Shown here one piece after another: positions 29,690 to 38,904 of a stretch of DNA of 64,000 nt (the first letter of the stretch is position 1; each line of letters starts with the position of its first letter). The position numbers and the translations under genes are program-made. This DNA comes from Patescibacteria group bacterium (lineage in GTDB: Bacteria > Patescibacteriota > Microgenomatia > UBA1400 > PJMF01): positions 71,967 through 135,966 of the forward strand of contig JBBDKV010000013.1 in assembly GCA_040879165.1 (NCBI GenBank), written 5' to 3'. The notes beneath the pieces are model-generated. The model was not told where the DNA came from. It did no database searches and was given only the letters and a program-made list of their open reading frames with translations.

Positions 29690-30028
29690 TGCAAAACTCC
29701 AAGTTCTAGTAGTTCTAGATCTACTTCTGGCATTTTAGCGGTATTTGAATGGCGATAGCACCCCTCTGAGTACTTGCCACGCACATACGCTGCTTGGCGG
29801 GCATAGCCATAACTACTTGAGGAGCTACTTAAGGAGGACAAAATTGCCGCAGATGAGCAAATAGGTGCAAGAGAAATGTGGGTAGGGTTTTGCAATGGGT
29901 TCACCATAACGTAAGTATTATATACCATATGGATACGCGTCTTGCTAGTGTTGAGCGCAGGTGCCAGTCAAATCACTACAATACCCATTGCTCTCTAATC
30001 TGGCAAAAGCAGGTATAATATACCTTCT

Positions 30029-31171
30029 ATGCTACGAATCCGCGTCAAAAGCACATCCGAACAACAATCAGCTATCCAACAAGCCACCGCTATTTTGAGT
30101 GCGGGTGGCTTGATTATTTTCCCAACCGAGACCACCTATGGAGTCGGTGTTGACGCCACCAACCCAGCCGCTGTCCAAAAATTACTCAAGTACAAATCTC
30201 GCAGAGAAGGCAAGCCACTCTCCATCGCAGTCAGCTCAGTTGCAATGGCCGCTGAATACGTTGCAGTAAATGACCAAGCAGCCGCTGCCTATCAACAATT
30301 TTTACCCGGTCCCGTCACAGTTGTATCTCAGAGTCGAGGTCGAGTTGCTCCAGAGGTGGCATCTGAATTTAACACGTTGGGCATTCGCATTCCAGATTAC
30401 CCACTGATTCTGCAGCTGATCAACGCGTATGGCAAGCCCATTACCGCCACCTCTGCAAATATGTCTGGAGGAAAGCGTCCATATGATATAGACAGCCTAC
30501 TCAGCCAACTGCCAAAAAAACAGCTTGGGTTAATCGACTGCGTGTTAGATGCGGGAAAATTACCGCCAAATCCGCCATCATTAGTTATTGATACTAGTTT
30601 TTCCGCACCGGTCACGCTGCGCGCTCGGGACGAGCGCGCGTCAGATGAGCGGAGTTTGGATTCAGATGAGGAAGGCTTGGATTCGGCTGCACCCACAACC
30701 TTAGTCTCAGACAGTCCAGAGATGACAGAGCGTATCGCAGGCACCTATTTGCTCAAATATTGGAATGACATTACATCGCGCGGCTTAGTGATTGGGCTGG
30801 ATGGCGAGCTTGGCACCGGCAAAACAGTTTTCGCCAAGGGAGCAGCTGATTTTCTGAAAATACAAGACAAAATGAGCTCACCCACATACACCTATATCGA
30901 AAGTTATGACTTCCCTCGTCATGGCGTGCGTGGACAGCTACATCACTGTGATTTTTGGAAGATCGCCAGTCAAGATGAACTGCGACTGCTGGGAGTTGAT
31001 ACGCTGTTGGGCGCAAAACAAGTGGTGCTGATTGAATGGTGGCAACAAGTAGCCCAATGGCTGTTGCCACAACTGACAATCAAAAACATTCCACTCGTGC
31101 AAATTTTGATACAAGATCCAAACAAAGGAACTGAGCGACGCATACAAATCGATGAATCACATGCCAAATAA
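30029..31171 (+). CDS. Fused t6A biosynthesis protein: TsaC/YrdC (threonylcarbamoyl-AMP synthase) domain joined to a TsaE (YjeE P-loop) domain.
   Basis: The N-terminal half has the YrdC pattern (GGLIIFPTETTYGVG...ATSANMSG). An acidic linker follows. The C-terminal half has the TsaE P-loop GLDGELGTGKT and ...LIEW. Confidence 0.75.
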   Translation: MLRIRVKSTSEQQSAIQQATAILSAGGLIIFPTETTYGVGVDATNPAAVQKLLKYKSRREGKPLSIAVSSVAMAAEYVAVNDQAAAAYQQFLPGPVTVVSQSRGRVAPEVASEFNTLGIRIPDYPLILQLINAYGKPITATSANMSGGKRPYDIDSLLSQLPKKQLGLIDCVLDAGKLPPNPPSLVIDTSFSAPVTLRARDERASDERSLDSDEEGLDSAAPTTLVSDSPEMTERIAGTYLLKYWNDITSRGLVIGLDGELGTGKTVFAKGAADFLKIQDKMSSPTYTYIESYDFPRHGVRGQLHHCDFWKIASQDELRLLGVDTLLGAKQVVLIEWWQQVAQWLLPQLTIKNIPLVQILIQDPNKGTERRIQIDESHAK

Positions 31172-32231
31172 TCAAGATCCACTCATTCTAGCAATAGACA
31201 CTTCCTGCGATGATACCAGTGCCGCCGTGACACAAGGGTGGGTGGTGCGGTCAAATGTGGTGGCTTCTCAAGCTCAGTTGCATAAGAAATACGGCGGCGT
31301 TTTTCCCACCGTTGCCAAGCTTGCCCACGCTCAAAACATTACAGCGACTGTTTCAGCCGCACTGCAACAGGCTCGCATCAACCCTGAGCAGCTATCAGCT
31401 GTAGCGGTCACCATTGGTCCAGGATTGGCTCCGGCTCTGGAAGTAGGGATTCGATTTGCCGAGCAATTCGCCCAACAACATACTAAACCGCTGACTGCCA
31501 TCAATCACCTCGAGGGACATCTACTCTCTGTCCTGGCCAGGCCAAACTCGCGAACAACCGCTCAAGCTCAACCAAATCTTGACACAGTGTTCCCTGCGCT
31601 CGGTCTAATTATCTCTGGAGGACATTCCCAATTTGTGCTCATTAAGCAACTCGGCACCTATCAAATACTCGGCACTACACTTGATGATGCTGCAGGTGAA
31701 TGCTTGGATAAAATTGGTCGGATGGTCAATCTTGGTTATCCTGCTGGTGCAACGATTGAAATTTTAGCGCAACAAGGCAATCCTGAAGCAATTGAGTTCC
31801 CCCTCCCGCTCACTCACCGCAAAGATTTTGACCTCAGTTTTTCTGGCCTAAAAACCTTTGCCCGCAACACGCTTGCCACAACTTCCCCAAAGAAACTTCA
31901 AGACGCGCAATTCATCAAAGATTTTTGTGCCAGCGCCCAGGCAGGTGTGTTCCGACACCTCCTTTACAAGTTTGAACGAGCACTAGCCGCGCACCCAGAG
32001 ATACACAGCGTCTGGCTGGGCGGGGGAGTGGCTGCAAATATGCAATTGCGCAAAAAGCTGCGCAGTACAATCCGACAAACTAACAAGAAAATCCCCCTAC
32101 TCACTCCCTATTCAAAAAAACTTTGTGCAGATAATGCGGCAATGATTGGGGTGGCGATGAACGCAAACACACAAAATACTGTTTATACAAGTGATCAACT
32201 GCAAAGACAGCCGCGGCTTAAATTTGGCTAA
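31161..32231 (+). CDS. tsaD: tRNA N6-adenosine threonylcarbamoyltransferase TsaD (Kae1/Gcp family).
   Basis: LILAIDTSCDDTSAAV, the metal-binding INHLEGH, and GGGVAAN. The ~355-aa length fits TsaD rather than TsaB. Confidence 0.8.
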   Translation: MPNNQDPLILAIDTSCDDTSAAVTQGWVVRSNVVASQAQLHKKYGGVFPTVAKLAHAQNITATVSAALQQARINPEQLSAVAVTIGPGLAPALEVGIRFAEQFAQQHTKPLTAINHLEGHLLSVLARPNSRTTAQAQPNLDTVFPALGLIISGGHSQFVLIKQLGTYQILGTTLDDAAGECLDKIGRMVNLGYPAGATIEILAQQGNPEAIEFPLPLTHRKDFDLSFSGLKTFARNTLATTSPKKLQDAQFIKDFCASAQAGVFRHLLYKFERALAAHPEIHSVWLGGGVAANMQLRKKLRSTIRQTNKKIPLLTPYSKKLCADNAAMIGVAMNANTQNTVYTSDQLQRQPRLKFG

Positions 32232-32414
32232 CTAATCTTGTTTGCCTAAAGCTAAACGCATGCCTTGTGCAGCAATTTTAAAGTCAACGGGCAATATCGA
32301 AGCAAGAAATGCATCCCTAAGACCTGCATCTAATCACCAGTAAATGCAACTAGCTCGTATTTACTAGCATTTCGGAACACTTCTGTTAATTGAGGCATTT
32401 TTTCAGAAAATCAT

Positions 32415-33140
32415 TCATTGATTATTAATTTCACTCTGGTGCTGTTGAAGCTTCCTCAGAGCTTCTTGAGCCTGATCAAGAGCTCTTACTGCTTCACGTA
32501 CTAGCGATGCATTATCATTCTCGCCTTGAGTATCTACCTCTGTGCCACCTCTCTCTGCAATGTTGGCAGTAGTTTCTCCATCGGAGAAAGTAGCTGGCTC
32601 CCCAACAGGTATATCATTGGGTACTTCAACATTTAAGTCTGAATTCAGTGGTGTCGGCTGCGACTCAGCCGCCAAAGCGACATCGCTATTGGTCCCAGAA
32701 GCAGGCGCTGCTCCATTAGTTCTCCGCTCAGGTACCAATGTATCTTTCTCAGTTTGATCGTAGTCCAACGAATCTGTAACTCCTCTGTCATCTTGAGTAG
32801 TATCGGCTGACACAACGCTATTCACCTCATCTGCCTGAGTGTCATCCCCAACTTCCGAAGCTGACCCCTCTTGGGAAGAGCCTGTTTGAGATTTATATTT
32901 CTCATCCAACTCATCAAGCTTCAAAAATTGCTCAAGAGTTAACTCTTGTGGGCGATCTTTGTATACTTTGCGCACTGCTTTAAGGAGCTGCTGAACTCGA
33001 GATTCATCACCAGTTTCTAAACTACTTTCTATCTCATCCAATGAGCTTGAAACTACCGCTCCGACCTCACGATTTGACTCAGCATTATCAAGAGCTTCAT
33101 TTTCTTCTGTACTTACTTCCGGCTGTGTGGTTTCACTCAT
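32415..33140 (-). CDS. Hypothetical acidic, low-complexity protein.
   Basis: Long ORF rich in E/D/S/T with no motif recognised. Confidence 0.3.
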   Translation of the reverse strand: MSETTQPEVSTEENEALDNAESNREVGAVVSSSLDEIESSLETGDESRVQQLLKAVRKVYKDRPQELTLEQFLKLDELDEKYKSQTGSSQEGSASEVGDDTQADEVNSVVSADTTQDDRGVTDSLDYDQTEKDTLVPERRTNGAAPASGTNSDVALAAESQPTPLNSDLNVEVPNDIPVGEPATFSDGETTANIAERGGTEVDTQGENDNASLVREAVRALDQAQEALRKLQQHQSEINNQ

Positions 33141-33261
33141 ATATAGTTTCTGTAAATTGTCTCTGCACAACTATGATCACATTTTTCTACATGAGCTGCA
33201 ACCAGTAAAAAAAGTTGAGATACTATATTCATTAGCAATAGGCAACACAGCTCTCTGCTAC

Positions 33262-35484
33262 CTAGATCGGACACGCACCACTCTCACACTTGAGATGTTC
33301 GTAGTCAATATCCTCCATCACTGTCTCATCTTTTTCAATTTCATTGAGGACACGCATGAATTCGCTGATCGTCACTGGCTGCTCAGGCTGATACTCGTAG
33401 GCAGTGGCGTCTTGTTGTGGCATAACGCTGCAACACTTGATCAACCCTTGATACTTAGACACCATTTCGGCGTATTTTTTGTAGGTAACGCGCTTGGGGT
33501 CGTACTTGAGAGTGTAGGAAACTTGATTGCCAGTGTCTTCAAGTGGCTTGCCTTCAGTGTCAACACCCACAATCCAGTATTTTTCCAAAAGCATTAGCCA
33601 TTTGTACTGTTCTTCGGGAGTAGCTTCTGCTGCGGTGACCAGCTTGCCATTCATGCCTAAGCGGCAGATCAATGGTTGTGTTGGAAAGCCAACAGCTGTC
33701 GAGCCCGAATAGCTGCGCAACTCTTTGACCGGGTACCCTTTTTTAGCATAGCGTTTAACCGAGGCGTCGTCCGAGCGATACTGCACCCAGCGAATGTACT
33801 CACGCATCGAGGGCAAGTGGGCACCTTCTGTCAGGGCAAATAACTTGGAAATAGTACCAGATGGCTTAATGGTAGTGTTGGTGTGTGGTACCACCACGCC
33901 CAGTTTTTTGGAGTAGCTTTCAGCTTCATCAACCACCGCTCGCTTGAAACGTGCCATGGTCTCCCAAAAATCTTTTGATTTTTCTTCATCAATCAAATCG
34001 TGAAATGAATAGCCAAATTGATTCCAAGCAAACTCATGAATGCCAGTCATGCCAACGCCAATGCGATTGGTGCGCTTAACTTCACGATTGTACAAACTAT
34101 CCATGAAAGTATTGACGCGAATCAAGGCGCGGGTAGTCGCCCGATAGGCTTCTTCAGCATCGTCGACAGTTGGCGCGTAATACGGCACGACGTCTGCAAT
34201 CACACAGTAGCCGCCCAACATGTTCAGTGAAATCTCACCGCAAGGGTTGGGAATCTGGGAATAGACTTTAGATGAAGCATTGCGAGCCAAGCGGGAGAGC
34301 ATTTTTTCAGTGCGAGCCAGTGGCTTATATTTCTTGCTCTCGGCGTACTTGCCGTCTTGATAATCTTCGTAGCCATCGTCATTTTGAACAAGTCGATGTT
34401 GATTGATAAAACCAGGTTCACCCGTTCCATCTTCGTACGAAGCCTTCATAATCACTTCCAGCACTTTACGGGAGTGCTTGGTGCGCTGCTTCCAGAATTT
34501 GTCATCAACAGCCACTGAGTTATTCGCACTCCAGAGGAAACCACCTCTTTTGATAGCGATAAAATCGAGAACTTCGGGATCAGTCCAGACTTTGGTGGCG
34601 ATGCGCGCGCTGCGGCGCGCGCCACCCACCAACACACACTCGGCAAGATAATGGTCGGCAAACATCGCCTGCTTCCAGGGAGACATTCCCGCACCTTTGA
34701 TGGTTGCCAGCTTTGAGATTGCATTCATTAATGGTTTTGGGCCAGACGAAGGGCGATTTTGCATGCCTTTAATTGGTTGACCTTTGGCTCGAACGCCAGA
34801 GAAGTTGAGAATCAACAAGTCGTCACGATACTTCTTCTCATAGGCCATCACTTCCAACATCTCAACTGCTTGCGCCCAGCCTTCACGACTGTCAGGCACT
34901 TCAAACCAGTGAATACCATCTTCATGGCCGTATTTATGCTCAGCATCTCGCACACTTTCATCCACCCCCCACACGAAGTCAGGATGTTCGTCATTGATGA
35001 CGCAGCGAACATTTGGCATTAAATCCCAGTTAACGATACACATATCATCATCGTAAGGACGACCTACTCCAGATCCGTTCATCAATAAATAAAATAAAAT
35101 ATACGAACTTGAAGCCGTTGAACAATTAGTAAAGACCTCCATATTGCGCTCACTCTGCGTTTCATCTCCATGCTGCAAGTGGCGACCTGACATTAAAATC
35201 GAACCATTTGAAATGTGTTTGCGCAGCAATTTTTGCTCATCCCTACGGTGACTCGCCATTTTTTTGCCAAGTAATCCTGCATTTCCTGCAGCAACCCGCT
35301 CAGCCACCTCTGCCCAAGTTTCCCAACGCTCTCGACCAGATTTTAGATCTGTCACCCGACGTAAGTAGGTGCGGCGAGCCACAGCAAGTCCCATGCCCTG
35401 ATCTAGTTTTCGATCGATGAATTTCATTTTTTTCTTAGGTAATGTTGACATTGGTGTCTCCTTGTATGCTTGTATTGCTGGCAC
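33262..35484 (-). CDS. nrdJ: Monomeric class II (adenosylcobalamin-dependent) ribonucleoside-triphosphate reductase, RTPR-type.
   Basis: NPCGEISL active-site loop, C-terminal CESGACPI redox cysteines, and ~740 aa. All of these match Lactobacillus-leichmannii-type RTPR. It lies downstream of nrdR. Confidence 0.8.
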   Translation of the reverse strand: MPAIQAYKETPMSTLPKKKMKFIDRKLDQGMGLAVARRTYLRRVTDLKSGRERWETWAEVAERVAAGNAGLLGKKMASHRRDEQKLLRKHISNGSILMSGRHLQHGDETQSERNMEVFTNCSTASSSYILFYLLMNGSGVGRPYDDDMCIVNWDLMPNVRCVINDEHPDFVWGVDESVRDAEHKYGHEDGIHWFEVPDSREGWAQAVEMLEVMAYEKKYRDDLLILNFSGVRAKGQPIKGMQNRPSSGPKPLMNAISKLATIKGAGMSPWKQAMFADHYLAECVLVGGARRSARIATKVWTDPEVLDFIAIKRGGFLWSANNSVAVDDKFWKQRTKHSRKVLEVIMKASYEDGTGEPGFINQHRLVQNDDGYEDYQDGKYAESKKYKPLARTEKMLSRLARNASSKVYSQIPNPCGEISLNMLGGYCVIADVVPYYAPTVDDAEEAYRATTRALIRVNTFMDSLYNREVKRTNRIGVGMTGIHEFAWNQFGYSFHDLIDEEKSKDFWETMARFKRAVVDEAESYSKKLGVVVPHTNTTIKPSGTISKLFALTEGAHLPSMREYIRWVQYRSDDASVKRYAKKGYPVKELRSYSGSTAVGFPTQPLICRLGMNGKLVTAAEATPEEQYKWLMLLEKYWIVGVDTEGKPLEDTGNQVSYTLKYDPKRVTYKKYAEMVSKYQGLIKCCSVMPQQDATAYEYQPEQPVTISEFMRVLNEIEKDETVMEDIDYEHLKCESGACPI

Positions 35485-35507
35485 TTCGCCATATTTTGCT
35501 ACTGCGT

Positions 35508-35990
35508 TTACTTCTCCTCAGACTTTCCTTCAGAAGGCTTTTGTTCTTGGAGCCGGTGAATCTCCTTTTCAAAGTCTTCTAGATTTTCAAAGTCTCGATA
35601 GACACTAGCAAACAGCAGATATGACATTGGGTCAATTTTCTTCAATCTGTTAATGACTAAGTTACCTACCTCCCAGCTTTTGACTTCGCTGGCATCACGG
35701 AGTCGCAGCTTACGTTCAACTTCATCTATTAAATCTTCCACAGCACTCATCGAAACTGGTCGTTTCCAAGTTGCCTTGATAATGCCACGACGAAGTTTTT
35801 CTCGACTAAAGTCCTCGCGCGCACCGTCTTTTTTAATTATTTTTAGCTCGATACCCTCGACACGTTCATAGGTGGTAAACCGCTTACCACACTCAGCGCA
35901 GCTTCGGCGACGTCTGATGCTGGTTTGGTCTTCGGCTTCTCGAGAGTCGATAACAGAAGTGCTGATTTTGGCACAATATGGACATTTCAC
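35508..35990 (-). CDS. nrdR: Transcriptional repressor NrdR.
   Basis: N-terminal zinc ribbon MKCPYCAKISTSVIDSRE...CAECGKRFTTYE followed by an ATP-cone domain. Confidence 0.92.
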   Translation of the reverse strand: MKCPYCAKISTSVIDSREAEDQTSIRRRRSCAECGKRFTTYERVEGIELKIIKKDGAREDFSREKLRRGIIKATWKRPVSMSAVEDLIDEVERKLRLRDASEVKSWEVGNLVINRLKKIDPMSYLLFASVYRDFENLEDFEKEIHRLQEQKPSEGKSEEK

Positions 35991-36032
35991 TCATCACTTT
36001 CTACATGGTCTTGTATTTGATGTGTAATAAAA

Positions 36033-36048
36033 ACACAATATATTGTGT
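36033..36048. promoter_or_regulatory. NrdR box upstream of nrdR-nrdJ.
   Basis: ACACAATATATTGTGT is a perfect match to the 16-bp palindromic NrdR-box consensus acaCwAtATaTwGtgt. It sits 43-58 bp upstream of the nrdR start. Confidence 0.8.
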
Positions 36049-36120
36049 TTCCCGCTTTTTAGGAGTTATAGAATCTCACAGAGTAGGTGAAGCTGTCAAT
36101 GGATATTTGTAGATCAAAAG

Positions 36121-36672
36121 CTAGTAATTATTGCTGACTGACGCTGCCAATTCGTCTTGCACAACCCGAGTATCAGCGGCAACTTGCGTCAAGGCTGAAT
36201 GATGCAGATCGCCCGTTGAATCTGAAATAACTTCAATATGGAGCAGTGATTCAGCTAAAATTTCTGCAAGTTCCTGGCGCATCTCTACTGGTGCTGGCGT
36301 GCCTATGGCCAGTCGAGAGGCTTCTAGTAGATATTTTTGCGACTTACTAAAAGTGCTCACTGCCAGCTCAGGCTGACCTTTTTTCAACAACAGCATGGCT
36401 CGTTGCCGACGCTCATCAGCATACTTAACTTGTAATAAAATTGTCGCATCGCCCTCAGCTTGCAGTAAAGCCAAGCGATCTCGTACCATCAAAACAGGGT
36501 ACAAAGGATGATCAGGTAAAATAGGTCCATTCGTGTAAAATTGTACCGTACTCAACGGAGTAACCTGGCCAACAACCGAGCGATTGGTAGCCACCAAGGA
36601 AACAAGTAAGACCAAAAAGCCAAAAACAGCTAAACCAAGCATGCTTATAAAATGAAGTTTTGTGATCGCCAT
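36121..36672 (-). CDS. Hypothetical membrane-anchored protein.
   Basis: Single N-terminal TM helix and an extracytoplasmic domain with no known motif. Confidence 0.3.
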   Translation of the reverse strand: MAITKLHFISMLGLAVFGFLVLLVSLVATNRSVVGQVTPLSTVQFYTNGPILPDHPLYPVLMVRDRLALLQAEGDATILLQVKYADERRQRAMLLLKKGQPELAVSTFSKSQKYLLEASRLAIGTPAPVEMRQELAEILAESLLHIEVISDSTGDLHHSALTQVAADTRVVQDELAASVSNNY

Positions 36673-36779
36673 AGACGAGTGTATTTGCATTACTATAAAA
36701 TACGTACTTCCTGAAAGGAATTCTGCCAAGGAGTGGTCATTCTAACAGATATTATTGTTTTTTAATTGAGCAATATCAC

Positions 36780-37529
36780 CTACCAAGTATGTGTTAATAA
36801 CACCATACCCCAAATAGCGTGTGACAAAACCAGCGCATAGGCATTTCTCCGCGCATAGAATAGAAAAGCCTGACCAAGACCAAACAAAAACATCACCATC
36901 AAGTAGGGAATAAAGAGCAGTACGTCACCCGCACCAACTTGTGTCAACATATTAGGGATGTGGAAAATCAAGAAAATACTCGCTGTCAATGCTGCTTGGC
37001 TAACCACTGACCACTTGGGATATTTCTCCATAATTACCGTCATAATAAATGAGAAAAAGAGTAGTGTTTCCCAAAATCCCGTCAGTATTGCCAAGATAAA
37101 CTCTCCCCAAAAAACCTCTGAAGAAAAGAGTGCCACTGGCAACACCTGCGCCCCAGTTTGCAATAACACCAAAATACTGGTGGCAAATCCAAACATGCCT
37201 CCTGCTGCCAAGCCCAGAAATAAACCAGGATACAACTTTCGCGCTGAAAAAGTATCTACAATACTTTTTGAGCGCGACATGACAATATATAACCAGACAG
37301 GAAAGCCAAAAAAAATTGCCTTACCGATACTCTCATCAAACCACACAGGAAAACTCTGCAACAAACTGCGATACAAAACCCACATCACCAAAGCCAACAC
37401 AACGATTGGATAAAAGGCGATGAGCGCTGGAGATTGTTGAGTTTTTTTTGTTGGACGAGAAGCTTTACTGGTTGAAGCTGCAGTTTTTCGCTTTGATGCA
37501 CTAGTCCGCGAGGTGGTTTTCGATGGCAT
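36780..37529 (-). CDS. Polytopic membrane protein, putatively of the CPBP / Abi (CAAX protease) family.
   Basis: Multiple TM helices with E..., FxxxH (FLIFHIP) and HAIWG motifs spaced like the CPBP motifs. The assignment is tentative. Confidence 0.4.
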   Translation of the reverse strand: MPSKTTSRTSASKRKTAASTSKASRPTKKTQQSPALIAFYPIVVLALVMWVLYRSLLQSFPVWFDESIGKAIFFGFPVWLYIVMSRSKSIVDTFSARKLYPGLFLGLAAGGMFGFATSILVLLQTGAQVLPVALFSSEVFWGEFILAILTGFWETLLFFSFIMTVIMEKYPKWSVVSQAALTASIFLIFHIPNMLTQVGAGDVLLFIPYLMVMFLFGLGQAFLFYARRNAYALVLSHAIWGMVLLTHTW

Positions 37530-38142
37530 GGATGACTTGCTCTACTGTTTCTTTTTGATTTGTGGAATACGTATCGATGACAATATCGTATAAACTCGGG
37601 TGCCAAAAATCAATTGGATCAGTTGCTTTCATAGTACCAGTTTCTACAATCCATGTCTGCCACTCTTTGGCATACATTCGACGCCACTTTGCCACATTTG
37701 ATTTGTAACGCTTGTTCATGTTGGCAAGTGCAACTTCGGCCGTGACGTCATCACGATTGACAATGCGATCAACTTTGACCGCAGTATTGCTACACTTGAG
37801 TAAAATCTTAAATACCCCCGGCACTTGCTGGGCCAAAAACCCAGACAGCCAAGATTCAATAATCCAGTGCTGTTCAGTGCTCAATTTTTCACGCATGCCC
37901 ATATCAACTTCTCGATCAAAATCATCTGAATAGATATCCGCACTGTGGTGCAACTTACCATCTTTATCCATCAATCCCTTTTCCATAGCGTAGTTACGCA
38001 TGAACGCGCCGCCACTGAAACCCGACCAGCCTTCAAACTTCAGGTCTGGGTGTTCTCTGAGTTGATCGAGCAGAGTGGTTGAACCAGATCCAGGCAATCC
38101 AGATATTGTAATGTTGCGAACAAGTGGTGGTGCTCCTGACAT
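37501..38142 (-). CDS. Archaeal-type cytidylate-kinase-like P-loop kinase (Cytidylate_kin2 family).
   Basis: ITISGLPGSGSTT P-loop, SGGAFMRN and LYDIVIDT blocks that parallel archaeal CMP kinases. It is distinct from the bacterial-type cmk at 45634. Confidence 0.6.
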   Translation of the reverse strand: MSGAPPLVRNITISGLPGSGSTTLLDQLREHPDLKFEGWSGFSGGAFMRNYAMEKGLMDKDGKLHHSADIYSDDFDREVDMGMREKLSTEQHWIIESWLSGFLAQQVPGVFKILLKCSNTAVKVDRIVNRDDVTAEVALANMNKRYKSNVAKWRRMYAKEWQTWIVETGTMKATDPIDFWHPSLYDIVIDTYSTNQKETVEQVIHAIENHLAD

Positions 38143-38275
38143 GTGATTCCTTTGTCTTCAGTTAAAAATTGCAATACTATTGTTATAAACCTCTATTATA
38201 CCTACATACCAGGCAAGTGTCAGCCACGAGACTGAGCTTTTAATGGTTGACGATACGTATTTGGTTCCGTGTGTA

Positions 38276-38842
38276 CTAGCGCGAGCTTTTGCCGGACTGT
38301 TTTGACTGCGCACTCGGCTCTTTTTTAGCAGGCACCTCTAGTTCTAGCTGACAAGTATGAGCATCTTGCATCGTCTCAGTGATTAACTGCACATACTCTG
38401 TGGCGATCTCAAACGAAAAAAGCAGCTTACGATTAGGAAAGTAGTGAAACACTCGATTGCGGCAAGTCAGCCAAGTTTGCCAAAGCTGCTGAGCCAATGG
38501 TTTTCCACACATGTGCACTAGATCATCATATAACCAATACTCGTCCCGCTGGTTTTCTCGAACATCTGGATTGATTGCCCGACCAATTCTAAACCGCCGA
38601 CTATGATATGTTCGCTCATCAATTAACTCGCAATCATATAAATACTGCTTCAAAAATCCTTCATACGCTTTTGACATGGGAAAAATCACAAAAGAATAAT
38701 CGCTCAAGACGACTGTCGACCTTCGTTCGCGCTCATAGAGCAACACACTCAACCGTACCAATTCCTGCTGCGGCTTTCGCAAATACTTAAACCAGGGTTT
38801 ACTAAACACTTCTCTCATAGAATGCAGTACCTGACTCATCAC
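38276..38842 (-). CDS. Hypothetical protein with a possible HEPN-like Rx4H motif.
   Basis: CRNRVFHY fits the R-x4-H signature. No other family features are confidently recognised. Confidence 0.3.
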   Translation of the reverse strand: MMSQVLHSMREVFSKPWFKYLRKPQQELVRLSVLLYERERRSTVVLSDYSFVIFPMSKAYEGFLKQYLYDCELIDERTYHSRRFRIGRAINPDVRENQRDEYWLYDDLVHMCGKPLAQQLWQTWLTCRNRVFHYFPNRKLLFSFEIATEYVQLITETMQDAHTCQLELEVPAKKEPSAQSKQSGKSSR

Positions 38843-38904
38843 TCTTGTTCTATAGTTTATTGGTCGAATTTGCTACACTATACTACCTAGCACAAGTCTA
38901 AAGC

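Noticed and set aside
29686-29928. An 80-aa ORF upstream of yidC, considered as YidD (membrane protein insertion efficiency factor).
   Set aside because: It lacks the YidD CRFxPxCSxY-type motif and is low-complexity Ser-rich, so it was left out of the features as probably spurious.
36012-36028. A second NrdR box expected about 31 bp from the first.
   Set aside because: The candidate sequence GTATTTGATGTGTAAT matches the consensus poorly, so only one box is reported.
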